Assembly: GCA_050250895.1 (NCBI GenBank)
Contig: JBFWNU010000001.1
Location: 192,001 to 256,000 of the forward strand
DNA length: 64,000 nucleotides
Reading direction: 5' to 3'
From: Vulcanimicrobiota bacterium
Lineage (GTDB): Bacteria; Vulcanimicrobiota; Xenobia; Xenobiales; JADMJV01
Each line of letters starts with the position of its first letter. The stretch's first letter is position 1. The translations under genes and the position numbers were made by a program. Of this stretch, positions 9,148 through 18,117 are shown piece after piece. A model generated the notes under the pieces. That model ran no database searches. It saw only the letters and a list, made by a program, of their open reading frames with translations, and was not told where the DNA came from.

Positions 9148-9690
9148 ATGGGCCTTTTTGAATTGATGCAAAAGTTCTCGCACGGTCGCGAGATGCGCGA
9201 GAGCATGGACGAGATTCTGGTCGGCAAGATCATTGCCGTGATGGTCGACAAAGGCTATCCCGTGCTGGCCATCCGGTCGGATATGGACCGCCAACAGGTG
9301 CAATTCCGCATGGTCGGTGACGAGGTGTTGCATTGCGTGATCATCACGCTCGACCGCAAGACGGCCGGACTCACCGCCAAGGTGGTTGGCAACGTGGCCA
9401 CCCTCACCTTCCAGGCCGAGGTCAAGAACTTCCTGTGTGACCCCGACGACCTGCTGCACATGTACAAGACCGACATCCAGAACATCTTGAAAGTGCCGCT
9501 CATGGGTCAGGTCAAGATCAATCACCAGCTCAACTCGGTCTTCGCCACCACCACCAAGATCATCCGCATCGAAGACGTCGACCGGGGCGGTCTCGAACAC
9601 CTCTCCGGCGAAATCTTCCCCACCATCGACGACCTGCGCGAGAAACTACGCCAGTATAAGAAAGCTTCGACCCTCCAGGTCAACTACTAA
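9148..9690 (+). CDS. Hypothetical soluble protein
   Basis: ATG 1 nt after the upstream stop; MDEILVGKII aligns with LDEVLLGAVI of the upstream gene. Confidence 0.8.
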   Translation: MGLFELMQKFSHGREMRESMDEILVGKIIAVMVDKGYPVLAIRSDMDRQQVQFRMVGDEVLHCVIITLDRKTAGLTAKVVGNVATLTFQAEVKNFLCDPDDLLHMYKTDIQNILKVPLMGQVKINHQLNSVFATTTKIIRIEDVDRGGLEHLSGEIFPTIDDLREKLRQYKKASTLQVNY

Positions 9691-9990
9691 GGAGCTCTCG
9701 CTTCGCTCGAGGGAAAGGAGCGGCCCTTCGGGCCGGGAGAAGGAGCGAACTGAGCTGTCGCTCAGTTCGAGACGAGGCGCCCTCGGCGGCGTAGCCGCCG
9801 CTCCCTGTCGGCCGCAAGGCCGAAATCTCCGGGCGAAGCCCACGGCTCCTTCTCCCGCCGGCGCAGCCGGCGCTCCCCGTCGGCCGCAAGGCCGAAATCT
9901 CCGGGCGAAGCCCACGGCTCCTTTTCCCGCCGACGCAGTCGGCGCTCCCTGTCGGCCGCCAGGCCGAAATCTCGGCGGCGTAGCCGCCGC
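9691..9990. repeat. Mosaic palindromic repeat (REP/BIME-like), copy 1
   Basis: 30-bp core GCTCCC(T/C)GTCGGCCGCAAGGCCGAAATCTC at 9800, 9872 and 9944 (72-bp period) plus modules shared with 16015-16375. Confidence 0.9.
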
Positions 9991-9996
9991 CCCTCG

Positions 9997-10029
9997 TGCA
10001 ATCGGCCTGCAACGCCCAGGGGTCATAGT
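9997..10029 (+). promoter_or_regulatory. Direct-repeat promoter TGCAA-N6-TGCAA-N11-CATAGT
   Basis: Read directly; ATG 6 nt downstream. Confidence 0.55.
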
Positions 10030-10035
10030 GGGGCC

Positions 10036-11232
10036 ATGGACACCTGGGAACTTGTCGATAGACATCAATCCAACACCTGGCACTGGACCGAATCGCTCAA
10101 GGCGAAGCTGGTCCAGGCGGGCGAGCGGCCGTATCATCCACGCACGAGATACGCCGACAGCGAACTCATCGAGGCCTTCGGCAGCGTCGAGCCCGGCCCC
10201 GAGCAGTTGCTGTTGCATTATGCCGGCCCGCCCTTTCCGGCGGCTTTGACGGCGCCGGTGTTGCTGGTGCCAGGGGCAACCAAGCCCGGCTACTTCTATT
10301 GGGACCCGCAAGAGAACGGAACCCGCCACGGATTGGCTCAACGGCTGCGCCACCGGGGTTGCCACGTCTATGCCCTGACCTTTTCGCACAGTCAGGACGA
10401 CAACTTCATCTGGGCTGACCAGATCGGGGCGGCTATCGACCGCATCTGCGCCCTTCATGGGGTCGATCAGGTCGACTGTGTGACCCATAGCAAATCGGGG
10501 GTGGCCGCTCGCATTCTGGCCTGCGATCTGCACCGGCCTTATCGAGGGCAGTTGCGTCGGTTGCTGCTGGTGGGGGTGCCCAACGGTGGAGTCGACTACT
10601 TCTTTCGCCACCCCGAGTTCAATCTCAACCTGATGCGCGACGACGACAACCCGCTGCTGAACTGGCCCATGTCGTGGGACGAGGTCAAACTGGCCAACAG
10701 TTGGAGCGACTGGCGCCACCAGGCCTACGATTCGGGCTTCTGGCCTGGGCAGAGCCAGTTGTTGGCCCGCTGGGACCGGCGCCATCCCCTACCCGACGAG
10801 GGAGTGGACGTCCAGAGCACCTATCATGGCGGCGAAGGCGAGCAGAGTCGGTCGCGGGGGATCGACTTCTTCATCGAATATGGCGGCCGGCTGATCGACC
10901 GATTGGCCGAGCAGCCCACCCACTCGGACATCGAGGTGGGTGTGCTGGCCGGAGCCTCCCCTTCCATGCCCCTGATCAAGAACGATCGCACCGGGCCTGG
11001 CGACGGCATCGTCACCATCGAGAGCGCGGCGGCGTTACCGGCCGGCTCGCGATTGACGGCCCTGGCCGTCTTGCCGCTACACCACAAGGCGCTGATAGCC
11101 GACCCGCTGGGACAAGAGTGGATATGCCGGTTTCTGCTGAGTGGACCCAAGCCAGGCTTGACCCGACCGGAGCGTGAACGCCTGCTCGCTCAGGGAGTCG
11201 AACTGGGTCGCCGAAAGCTCGTGAAAGTTTAA
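10036..11232 (+). CDS. Alpha/beta hydrolase (lipase/esterase-like)
   Basis: VLLVPG oxyanion motif, nucleophile elbow THSKSG, DGIV and a C-terminal His. Confidence 0.85.
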   Translation: MDTWELVDRHQSNTWHWTESLKAKLVQAGERPYHPRTRYADSELIEAFGSVEPGPEQLLLHYAGPPFPAALTAPVLLVPGATKPGYFYWDPQENGTRHGLAQRLRHRGCHVYALTFSHSQDDNFIWADQIGAAIDRICALHGVDQVDCVTHSKSGVAARILACDLHRPYRGQLRRLLLVGVPNGGVDYFFRHPEFNLNLMRDDDNPLLNWPMSWDEVKLANSWSDWRHQAYDSGFWPGQSQLLARWDRRHPLPDEGVDVQSTYHGGEGEQSRSRGIDFFIEYGGRLIDRLAEQPTHSDIEVGVLAGASPSMPLIKNDRTGPGDGIVTIESAAALPAGSRLTALAVLPLHHKALIADPLGQEWICRFLLSGPKPGLTRPERERLLAQGVELGRRKLVKV

Positions 11233-11320
11233 TCTTTTCCCAGCTAATGCTCGGATTGCGCGGATTGACCGAGAGATTTTTAAGGGTCCTTCGTTATTTT
11301 TAAGGCGGAGGACAAATCAA

Positions 11321-12703
11321 ATGAACAAACGCGTAATCTTCTGGTCAATCACGGTAGCTCTGGGAGGCTTTCTCTTCGGGTTCGACACGGCGGTCATCTC
11401 GGGAGCAGAGCAGTCCATCCAGAAACTGTGGAGCTTGAGTGACGGAATGCATGGCCTGGCCGTGGCCATCGCTCTCTATGGTACGGTCCTGGGAGCCTTC
11501 TTCGGCGGCGTGCCCGCTGACCGTTACGGCCGGAAGAAAACGCTGTTCGGTGTCGGTGTTCTTTACCTGGTCTCGGCGTTGGGCTCGGCCATGGCCCCCG
11601 AAGTCTTCTCGTTTATGTTCTTCCGCTTTCTGGGCGGCATCGGCGTGGGCGCTTCCTCGGTGGCTGCCCCCATGTATATCTCCGAGATCTCCCCTACCGA
11701 CAAGCGCGGTCGCCTGACCGCCCTGTTCCAGTTCAACATCGTGACCGGCATCCTGTGCGCCTACATGTCGAACTATCTGCTCACCGGCATCGGCGGCACC
11801 GCCTGGCGCTGGATGCTTGGCGTCGAAGCGCTCCCGGCTCTGGCCTTTACCCTGATGGTGCTGGCTGTGCCCCGTAGCCCGCGCTGGCTCTATAGCAAGC
11901 TCGGCGACGCCGCGGCTGCCCGCGAAGTGCTCGAATTGATCGACCCCTCGACCGCCGAAGCCGAACTGGAAGCCATCAAGAAGCAGAAAGCCGAAGAGGC
12001 CGGCTGCACCGGCAAGTTCTTCTCACGCCGCTATAGCTTCTCGATTTCACTGGCCGTCATTCTGGCCATCTTCAATCAAGTTTCTGGCATCAACGCCATC
12101 ATCTACTACGCTCCCCGCATCTTCGAGATGACCGGTCTTGGCGCCAGCGCCGCCCTGATGTCGAGTGCCGGCGTAGGGCTGGTCAACCTGCTGGCCACCG
12201 TGGCCGCCATCGCTGTCATCGACCGCTTCGGACGCCGCTCGCTGATGCTGGTCGGTTCGGTCGGCCTCATCACCTCGCTGGCTCTAGTGGCTCGCGCCTT
12301 CTACCTCAACTCTTTCGCCGGCGTCCCCATCCTGATCTTCTTGTTCATTGCCTCTTTCGCCGTCAGTCAGGGTTGCGTGCTCTGGGTCTATCTCTCCGAA
12401 ATCTTTCCCAGCCAGGTGCGGGCCAATGGCCAATCGCTGGGCAGCTTCACCCACTGGATTTGCGCCGCTCTGGTGGCCAACTTCTTCCCGGTGGCTGCCG
12501 GCGCTGTGGGCCCGGCCGCTGTCTTCGGCTTCTTCGCTACGGCCATGGTCGCTCAGTTGATTTACGTGACCCTGGTGATGCCCGAGACCAGCGGCGTCTC
12601 GCTGGAAGAACTGCAGGCTCGGCTGGCCGTCGAAGATGCCCCGGCCGCCGGCTTCAACCCGGCCCGCTACGTGCTCAAGCCAGCTCGCCAGCTAAACTCT
12701 TAA
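11321..12703 (+). CDS. Sugar porter family MFS transporter (XylE-like)
   Basis: GGFLFGFDTAVISGA, DRYGRK, YISEISP..RG, QVSGINAIIYYAP and PET motifs. Confidence 0.95.
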   Translation: MNKRVIFWSITVALGGFLFGFDTAVISGAEQSIQKLWSLSDGMHGLAVAIALYGTVLGAFFGGVPADRYGRKKTLFGVGVLYLVSALGSAMAPEVFSFMFFRFLGGIGVGASSVAAPMYISEISPTDKRGRLTALFQFNIVTGILCAYMSNYLLTGIGGTAWRWMLGVEALPALAFTLMVLAVPRSPRWLYSKLGDAAAAREVLELIDPSTAEAELEAIKKQKAEEAGCTGKFFSRRYSFSISLAVILAIFNQVSGINAIIYYAPRIFEMTGLGASAALMSSAGVGLVNLLATVAAIAVIDRFGRRSLMLVGSVGLITSLALVARAFYLNSFAGVPILIFLFIASFAVSQGCVLWVYLSEIFPSQVRANGQSLGSFTHWICAALVANFFPVAAGAVGPAAVFGFFATAMVAQLIYVTLVMPETSGVSLEELQARLAVEDAPAAGFNPARYVLKPARQLNS

Positions 12704-13910
12704 GTCGCTGCGCGGCCCGAGCAAAGGTGTGCCTGTCGGCATACGCTCGGGCCGCTGCCTTGAGCGGCTCGGCCTCGCGCTCGAGCAGGTCGCGCACAGT
12801 ACACCATAGTCGCAAACTCAACTCGGCACCCGGTGGAACCAATCGGCCGAAGCTCGGCTCGACGGTTGCTCGAGTGCCGTAGCTCTCTACCGCTACCACC
12901 GGACACCCCTGTTGCAGGGCCTCGAGGGTGGTCAGGCCATAACTCTCGTGGCGTGAGGCCACCACGAACAGGTCGGCCGCCCGCAGAAAGGCTTGCTTGC
13001 GCAGCCCACCCAGATGGCCGGGAAAAAGCACCGGCAGATCGCCGGCCAGCTTCTGCAGTCGCGCGAAGAAACGCTGCCCCTGCATGAAGGCCGGTTGGCC
13101 GCAGATAGCCAGTTGCAATCCCGGTGGCAACTCGCCCCGCTGGCGCCCCAGCCGCAGGGCCTCGAGCAAACGGTCCTGCCCCTTCTCGGGCGAGATTCGC
13201 GAGAGAGTCACCAGAAAGGGTTGGCCGGGCCCGAGCCCAAGCTCGCGGCGCAGCTCGTGAGCCGCCTCGTCGACCTGGTCTTGGGCAAAGACCGGCTCGG
13301 GAGAGCCCCACCCCACCACCTCGGTACGGCCAAGCTCGGGGTAGCAGCGGGCCATCACCTCGCCCATGGCGGCGCTGGGCAAGATCAGGGCCGGACAATG
13401 TCGCACGGCCGCCTGCTGCTTAGTGAATACCAGCTTGAGCACATCGGGCAAAGGCATGCTAGCGGCCCAACGAGCGACCCGCTCGACCGGAAAGATGCCT
13501 TTGAGGTAAATGCGGTTGAAAAAGTCCACAACATCCACGTGAAAGATGGGCAGGCAGGTCACTCCGGCCGCAGCCAGGCGCGCGAAGTCGGGGCCCTCCG
13601 AGATGTCGTGGCTAAAGACCGCGTCCACCCCTTCCAGGGCCAGGATGCCGTCGGTGATACCTCGCTCGAACTGGCGGCAAAAGCGGGCATAGGTCAGCTC
13701 GTCAAGCGAAGACGGAGGCTGCTCGAGTAGCTCGAGCCGATGGTAGGTGACCCCCTCGGGCGGGTTGGGCCCGGGCGCAAACAGATGCAGATCGATCTCG
13801 GGGTCGCCGGCCCAAACCCGGCAGAGGCGCTCGCAAATGGCCGCCCCACCGCCCAGCGGCACCTTCTCTGAACCATAACCGCCGTGGGCGGCCGTCATCA
13901 CGATGCGCAC
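12675..13910 (-). CDS. Glycosyltransferase family 4
   Basis: LSRISPEKG and SRHESYGLTTLEALQQGCPVV motifs; start taken at GTG 13910. Confidence 0.88.
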   Translation of the reverse strand: MRIVMTAAHGGYGSEKVPLGGGAAICERLCRVWAGDPEIDLHLFAPGPNPPEGVTYHRLELLEQPPSSLDELTYARFCRQFERGITDGILALEGVDAVFSHDISEGPDFARLAAAGVTCLPIFHVDVVDFFNRIYLKGIFPVERVARWAASMPLPDVLKLVFTKQQAAVRHCPALILPSAAMGEVMARCYPELGRTEVVGWGSPEPVFAQDQVDEAAHELRRELGLGPGQPFLVTLSRISPEKGQDRLLEALRLGRQRGELPPGLQLAICGQPAFMQGQRFFARLQKLAGDLPVLFPGHLGGLRKQAFLRAADLFVVASRHESYGLTTLEALQQGCPVVAVESYGTRATVEPSFGRLVPPGAELSLRLWCTVRDLLEREAEPLKAAARAYADRHTFARAAQRLKSLAGELA

Positions 13911-13959
13911 CTGGCGCGGTTTGGCGAGGGCACGGACCCTCCCTGCCGAAGGCTGGGCC

Positions 13960-14505
13960 ATGCGTGTCTTTTACCTGGTGATTCTGTCGGTGGCCCTGGC
14001 CTGGGCCGAGCCTGCCTGGATTGAACTGCCCGAGCCCAGCCCGGCCCAACTCGAGGAGCTGCATCGCGCCATCGGGGTCGAGAATTCCCCCGAACACACG
14101 GCCAACTCGGTCAAAGCGCTGTTCTACCGACCCGAGCTCGCTCCCCTGGTGGTTGGGCTCGACCGCGCCAGCCGGGCCAAGCTACCCGCCCGTCTCTACT
14201 GGTTGCTAGCCGTCGAGGTGTCGCGAGCCAACGGGTGTGATTATTGTCTTTCGAGTGCTCAAAGCGCTCTGGCAGCTGGCGGGGGCGGCCCGCCCGATGC
14301 TCGCGAGCAAACGGCACTGGACTATGCCCGCAAACTCACTCTCTATCCCGGTGATACCCGGCCCGAGGATTTGCGCAAGCTTGAAAGCGCGGGCTTCCGC
14401 CAGGACGAGATCTTCGAGGTCGCCTTGACCGTAAGCTGGTACAACTTCATGAACCGGATGGCGCGCGGATTGGGTTATGGGCCCGATCACTTCCACCGCT
14501 TCTGA
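13960..14505 (+). CDS. AhpD/carboxymuconolactone decarboxylase-like peroxidase with signal peptide
   Basis: VSRANGCDYC, ALDYARKLT and YNFMNR motifs; N-terminal signal ending ALAWA. Confidence 0.8.
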   Translation: MRVFYLVILSVALAWAEPAWIELPEPSPAQLEELHRAIGVENSPEHTANSVKALFYRPELAPLVVGLDRASRAKLPARLYWLLAVEVSRANGCDYCLSSAQSALAAGGGGPPDAREQTALDYARKLTLYPGDTRPEDLRKLESAGFRQDEIFEVALTVSWYNFMNRMARGLGYGPDHFHRF

Positions 14506-14539
14506 AGGCCTCATCCCCTTCATCGAGAAAATAGAAGAC

Positions 14540-14950
14540 GTGAGACTACTTCTTACACTACTCTACCTGACGGCGGTGGTGGCGGCCGAACCCGCGCCCG
14601 ACAAGCAGGTTGTGGAGGACTTCTACCGGCTCTATCTGGCTCGTTTTGACTCGGCCCGCGAGCCGGCCGAGCTAGAAGAGTTCCTAAGCCAGAGCGCCTA
14701 TGAGCGATTCAGCCAACTGGCCGAGCGACCCGAGCGCTTCCAGCATATGAAGCTCTTTCTGCCCAAAGAGCCCGAAGTGGTCGAGGTCGAGCCTCGAGGC
14801 GAGCGAGTGCTCGTGACCATCCGGGCCAGGGTGCCCGAACCGCGCCAATTCAAGCTGATGCCGGCCACCGGAAGAATCGAGTTGCTGTCCCAAGACGGCT
14901 GGAAGGTCGACCGCGAGGTCTGGACCTTCGGAACGGGGGAAACACCATGA
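14540..14950 (+). CDS. Small exported protein (possible NTF2-like fold)
   Basis: Signal peptide; VVEDFY helix and C-terminal DGWKV. Confidence 0.65.
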   Translation: MRLLLTLLYLTAVVAAEPAPDKQVVEDFYRLYLARFDSAREPAELEEFLSQSAYERFSQLAERPERFQHMKLFLPKEPEVVEVEPRGERVLVTIRARVPEPRQFKLMPATGRIELLSQDGWKVDREVWTFGTGETP

Positions 14951-16017
14951 AACGAGCGATACTCACGATCCTACTGGCCACCAGCCTGGCAGCTGGCGCC
15001 GATCCCTGGGGAATGCGGGCCGGCGGAGCCGCTGGCGACGTGAGCGCCCGACCCCGTCAGGCGCAGATTCCCGCCATTCCGGCCGTGCCCGAAGGTATCG
15101 AGACCCGAGCCCAGGCGGCTCAGTGGATCTCGTCTATTCACCACGAAGACCCGGCCACCCAGAACGCCATGCGGGCCGAGGCGGCGCGCCAAATCGTGGC
15201 CACTCGGGTCGATGTGGTCAACGACGTTTCGGGCTATGCCTGGCAAGTCAACCCCCTCCAGCCTTTGAAATTTTGGGGAGATGGCCTGCATCCCGACGCC
15301 CCCATCCCCACTAGAACCTACGGCGATCGGGCCGAAGCCGTGATGGATTATGCCCGAGGAACCATCAAACCCAAGACTCCCGAGCAACAGCAGAATCTCG
15401 ACTATTGGCGAGAAATCGGCCCTGAACAAGCGGCCTGGGACCTGGGTCTGGGAGCCTGCACCGAGCACGCTCACCTGGTAGCCGAAATCTTGCGCGAGGC
15501 CGGAGTCGAGGTCCAGGTCTTGAACAGCACCAACGGGCACGTCTTTCCGGTGGTCAATCTGCCCCCGGGCGCCGACCCCGACATGCCATGGACCTGGGGC
15601 GACGCCTACATCCCTGACTCCTGGATGGGTCAGGGCCTGACTCCGGAACAAGCCTGGTATAATCATTGGATCTTTGGGACCGGCAGCGGATTCGTGGGCC
15701 TGGGTCCTGGCAACACCAGTCGCGAGCGCCTCTTGGCCCTGGCTCGCTCGATCCGAAACGACGACCCCGACATCATCGACGAATGGCGAGAAATCTGGGA
15801 GAAGTTGCCACCCTCGATCCGCGACCGCTATCCCGAGCCGCCCCGGGCCAACAACAGAATCCAACGCGGCACCATGGGCGGCCAGGGGGGCGGGCAAAAC
15901 GGCTTCACCGGCAGCGGCCCTCGCAACACCGGCAACATCGGAGGCGGCCCCACCGGTGGCCACACCCATCAGGGCGGCCGCGACGTCCCCACCGGCGGCG
16001 GCTGCTCCGGCTACTGA
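14947..16017 (+). CDS. Exported transglutaminase-like (papain-fold) protein with Gly-rich tail
   Basis: Signal peptide; GACTEHA, GHVF and DSW triad; ATGA overlap. Confidence 0.7.
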   Translation: MKRAILTILLATSLAAGADPWGMRAGGAAGDVSARPRQAQIPAIPAVPEGIETRAQAAQWISSIHHEDPATQNAMRAEAARQIVATRVDVVNDVSGYAWQVNPLQPLKFWGDGLHPDAPIPTRTYGDRAEAVMDYARGTIKPKTPEQQQNLDYWREIGPEQAAWDLGLGACTEHAHLVAEILREAGVEVQVLNSTNGHVFPVVNLPPGADPDMPWTWGDAYIPDSWMGQGLTPEQAWYNHWIFGTGSGFVGLGPGNTSRERLLALARSIRNDDPDIIDEWREIWEKLPPSIRDRYPEPPRANNRIQRGTMGGQGGGQNGFTGSGPRNTGNIGGGPTGGHTHQGGRDVPTGGGCSGY

Positions 16018-16375
16018 CGGGGAGCAGCCTGCGGCTGAGATTTCGGCCTGCGGCCGACAGGGAGCGCCGGCTGCGCCGTCGAGATTTCGGCCTTGCGGCC
16101 GACGGGGAGCAGCCTGCTGAGATGCCTTGAAGCCGCTCCCGAACTGAGCGACAGCTCAGTTCGCTCCTCTCCCCGCCCGAAGGGCGGCTCCTTTTCCTTC
16201 GAGCGAAGCAAGAGCTCCTTCTCCCCGCCCGCAGGGCGGCTCCTTTTCCCTCGAGCGAAGCAAGAGCTCCTTCTCCCCGCCCGAAGGGCGGCTCCTTTTC
16301 CCTCGAGCGAAGCAAGAGCTCCTTCTCCCCGCCCGCAGGGCGGCTCCTTATCCCTCGGAGCGAAGCGAGAGCTCC
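16015..16375. repeat. Mosaic palindromic repeat, copy 2 (inverted relative to copy 1)
   Basis: Reverse complement of the 30-bp core twice, a shared central palindrome, then four 52-bp tandem units at 16163, 16214, 16266 and 16318. Confidence 0.9.
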
Positions 16376-16472
16376 TCGGAGCGAGCGGTCCGATAGGATA
16401 GGGCCATCGGGCCCGGGTGGATCTCGGACCCAGGCGAGCAGCAGGTTAGGCTAAGAGACAAAGGAGGCTATT

Positions 16473-16670
16473 TTGTCTATTCGAAAACACGTAAAAGCAC
16501 ACCCCGGAAACCAGCTGACTCTGTCTCAAGCCGTCAAAGAATCTAGCTTTGACGAGTTCCAACTAAGAGAATTCATCCGCCAGGGCCACCTCGCGGCCAC
16601 CCGGACGGATGAAGGGTTGCGCATCGAACAGCGCGATCTGGAGAAGCTCGAAGAGCTGCAGGATCAGTAG
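16473..16670 (+). CDS. Small excisionase/MerR-like HTH protein
   Basis: SD AAGGAGG and TTG start; LTLSQAVKE..LREFIRQGHLAA..LRIEQRDLE pattern. Confidence 0.65.
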   Translation: MSIRKHVKAHPGNQLTLSQAVKESSFDEFQLREFIRQGHLAATRTDEGLRIEQRDLEKLEELQDQ

Positions 16671-17698
16671 GCGACACCTCGCGCCCGGGCCTCGTCCATC
16701 ACCTGTTCGGTGAGAGCCCGGTCGAGGTTGTTCTCGAGCCCGCCGCCAGCGGAGCGGTAGTCTTTCGTCTTGAAGCTGCCGCTGCCGTAGGCGGTAGGAG
16801 CCGAGTAGCTGGCCGCCGGGAGCGGGGTGGCCTTTTTGCCGATCCGCACGCTGCCGGCCTTCCAGTCGGCCCCTTTCTCGACTTCATAGGCTTTGTCGCC
16901 TTCAAAGACCACACTGGCGCTGGTGCCATCGGCCTTGACCACCTGCTGACGGTAAGTCAGAAACTGGAACTGCCCGCCGCCGATGGCGGCCATCTCTTGA
17001 AACTCGTTCTGGCCCGATTCGACGATCCCGCTACAACCCCAGGCGTGCAGCTTGATGCCCTTTTTACGGGCCGCCGCCAGCTCCTGGCGGTAGTCGAAAT
17101 TGCCGTAGTCGGTGTGAGGCGCGGCGTCGCCAATCAACACCAGCATCTTACCCGTGTTCTGAGAGGGATCCCACTCCAGATCATTGATGGCCACGTGGAG
17201 CGCTTCGCTGACCGCCTCCGGCACGTCTCCGCCGCCCTCGGCCGTGACGCCTTGCAGCTGACGGGCCAGGGCTTCGACGTCCTCGCTGAAGGGCAGCACC
17301 CGGGTGACGTAAGCATCGCCGTGGTCGCGGAAGAGGACCATCCCGAAGCGCACCTGAGGACGAGGGTTACCGTTCTGGACTCGCTCCATCATGTTGCGGA
17401 CCTGAGTCTTGACCACCTCGATCTCGTCATCCATGCTACCGGTGGTATCGATCACGAAGGCCACGTCGATACGGGGGGCCGAAGCCACCGCCGGAATCGG
17501 CTTGAGCCAGCGGGCTGCCGCCCCCATCAAGATCCCGATGAGCACGGCCGCGATCCAGGGCCAGGGATTCGTCGCTCGGGTTGGGGCTAGTTCAAGCTGG
17601 TTGCCGGCTAAGGCCAGTCTGGTCCCGCACGATCCACAAATCAAGTCATTTCCTACATATCCTCGGTCACCGCAGGCCGGGCATCGATGTTGCTCCAT
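16664..17698 (-). CDS. Zinc-ribbon, transmembrane and vWA domain protein
   Basis: CPAC..CGSC, one TM helix, MIDAS DTTGSM, GGGDVPE and IGDAAPH. Confidence 0.88.
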   Translation of the reverse strand: MEQHRCPACGDRGYVGNDLICGSCGTRLALAGNQLELAPTRATNPWPWIAAVLIGILMGAAARWLKPIPAVASAPRIDVAFVIDTTGSMDDEIEVVKTQVRNMMERVQNGNPRPQVRFGMVLFRDHGDAYVTRVLPFSEDVEALARQLQGVTAEGGGDVPEAVSEALHVAINDLEWDPSQNTGKMLVLIGDAAPHTDYGNFDYRQELAAARKKGIKLHAWGCSGIVESGQNEFQEMAAIGGGQFQFLTYRQQVVKADGTSASVVFEGDKAYEVEKGADWKAGSVRIGKKATPLPAASYSAPTAYGSGSFKTKDYRSAGGGLENNLDRALTEQVMDEARARGVAY

Positions 17699-17815
17699 GG
17701 GGGCTCCTCCTTGACGGACGGTTTCGTCGTGGCTCGAGTGGATTTATTCCCAGGGAGGGAGAAATAGGCCGAGCTTGGAATGCTCCGGGAACTTTTCAAA
17801 AAGGGAGGGATCACC

Positions 17816-18016
17816 GTGAAGAAGTTCATCGAAGAACTCGGCAATTTGCACAATGACGTCAAATGCCCAATCTGCGGCACTAAAGAATGGGGAACGCTGC
17901 CCATTCACGGGAAGATTCCCGTGGGGGACGATGGGGCCCAGTCGGTGGGTATCGCCATCAAGTTCTGCACGGGTTGCGGGCTGGCTCTTAACTTCATGCG
18001 CCTCAACAAAGGCTAG
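17816..18016 (+). CDS. Small zinc-ribbon protein
   Basis: CPICG and CTGCG; SD GGGAGG before GTG. Confidence 0.7.
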   Translation: MKKFIEELGNLHNDVKCPICGTKEWGTLPIHGKIPVGDDGAQSVGIAIKFCTGCGLALNFMRLNKG

Positions 18017-18117
18017 CTATTTGACGCCGACCACAGGTGCGCCCCGTCCGGGGCTAGAAATTTCGAGAGATGCGTTTTCGGAATGAGCTTTGCTGTTGGT
18101 CGAGGCCTGGCTGACTA

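Noticed and set aside
9800-9973. 30-bp core with 42-bp intervals as a CRISPR array
   Set aside because: The two intervals are near-identical to each other, so this is a tandem repeat
9646-10785. ORFs crossing the mosaic repeats (also 15905-16401)
   Set aside because: They are translations of stop-poor GC-rich repeats or antisense shadows, with no start signals
11268-11300. TTCA-type box upstream of the sugar porter
   Set aside because: Only the proximal half-site (TTTAA-N11-TATTTT) fits; the distal half-site is ACCGA
16163-16375. 52-bp tandem units as a CRISPR array
   Set aside because: The units are contiguous near-identical repeats with no unique spacers, and there are no cas genes in the window
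16473-16670. Excisionase marking a prophage or integrative element
   Set aside because: There is no integrase, att site or phage gene nearby
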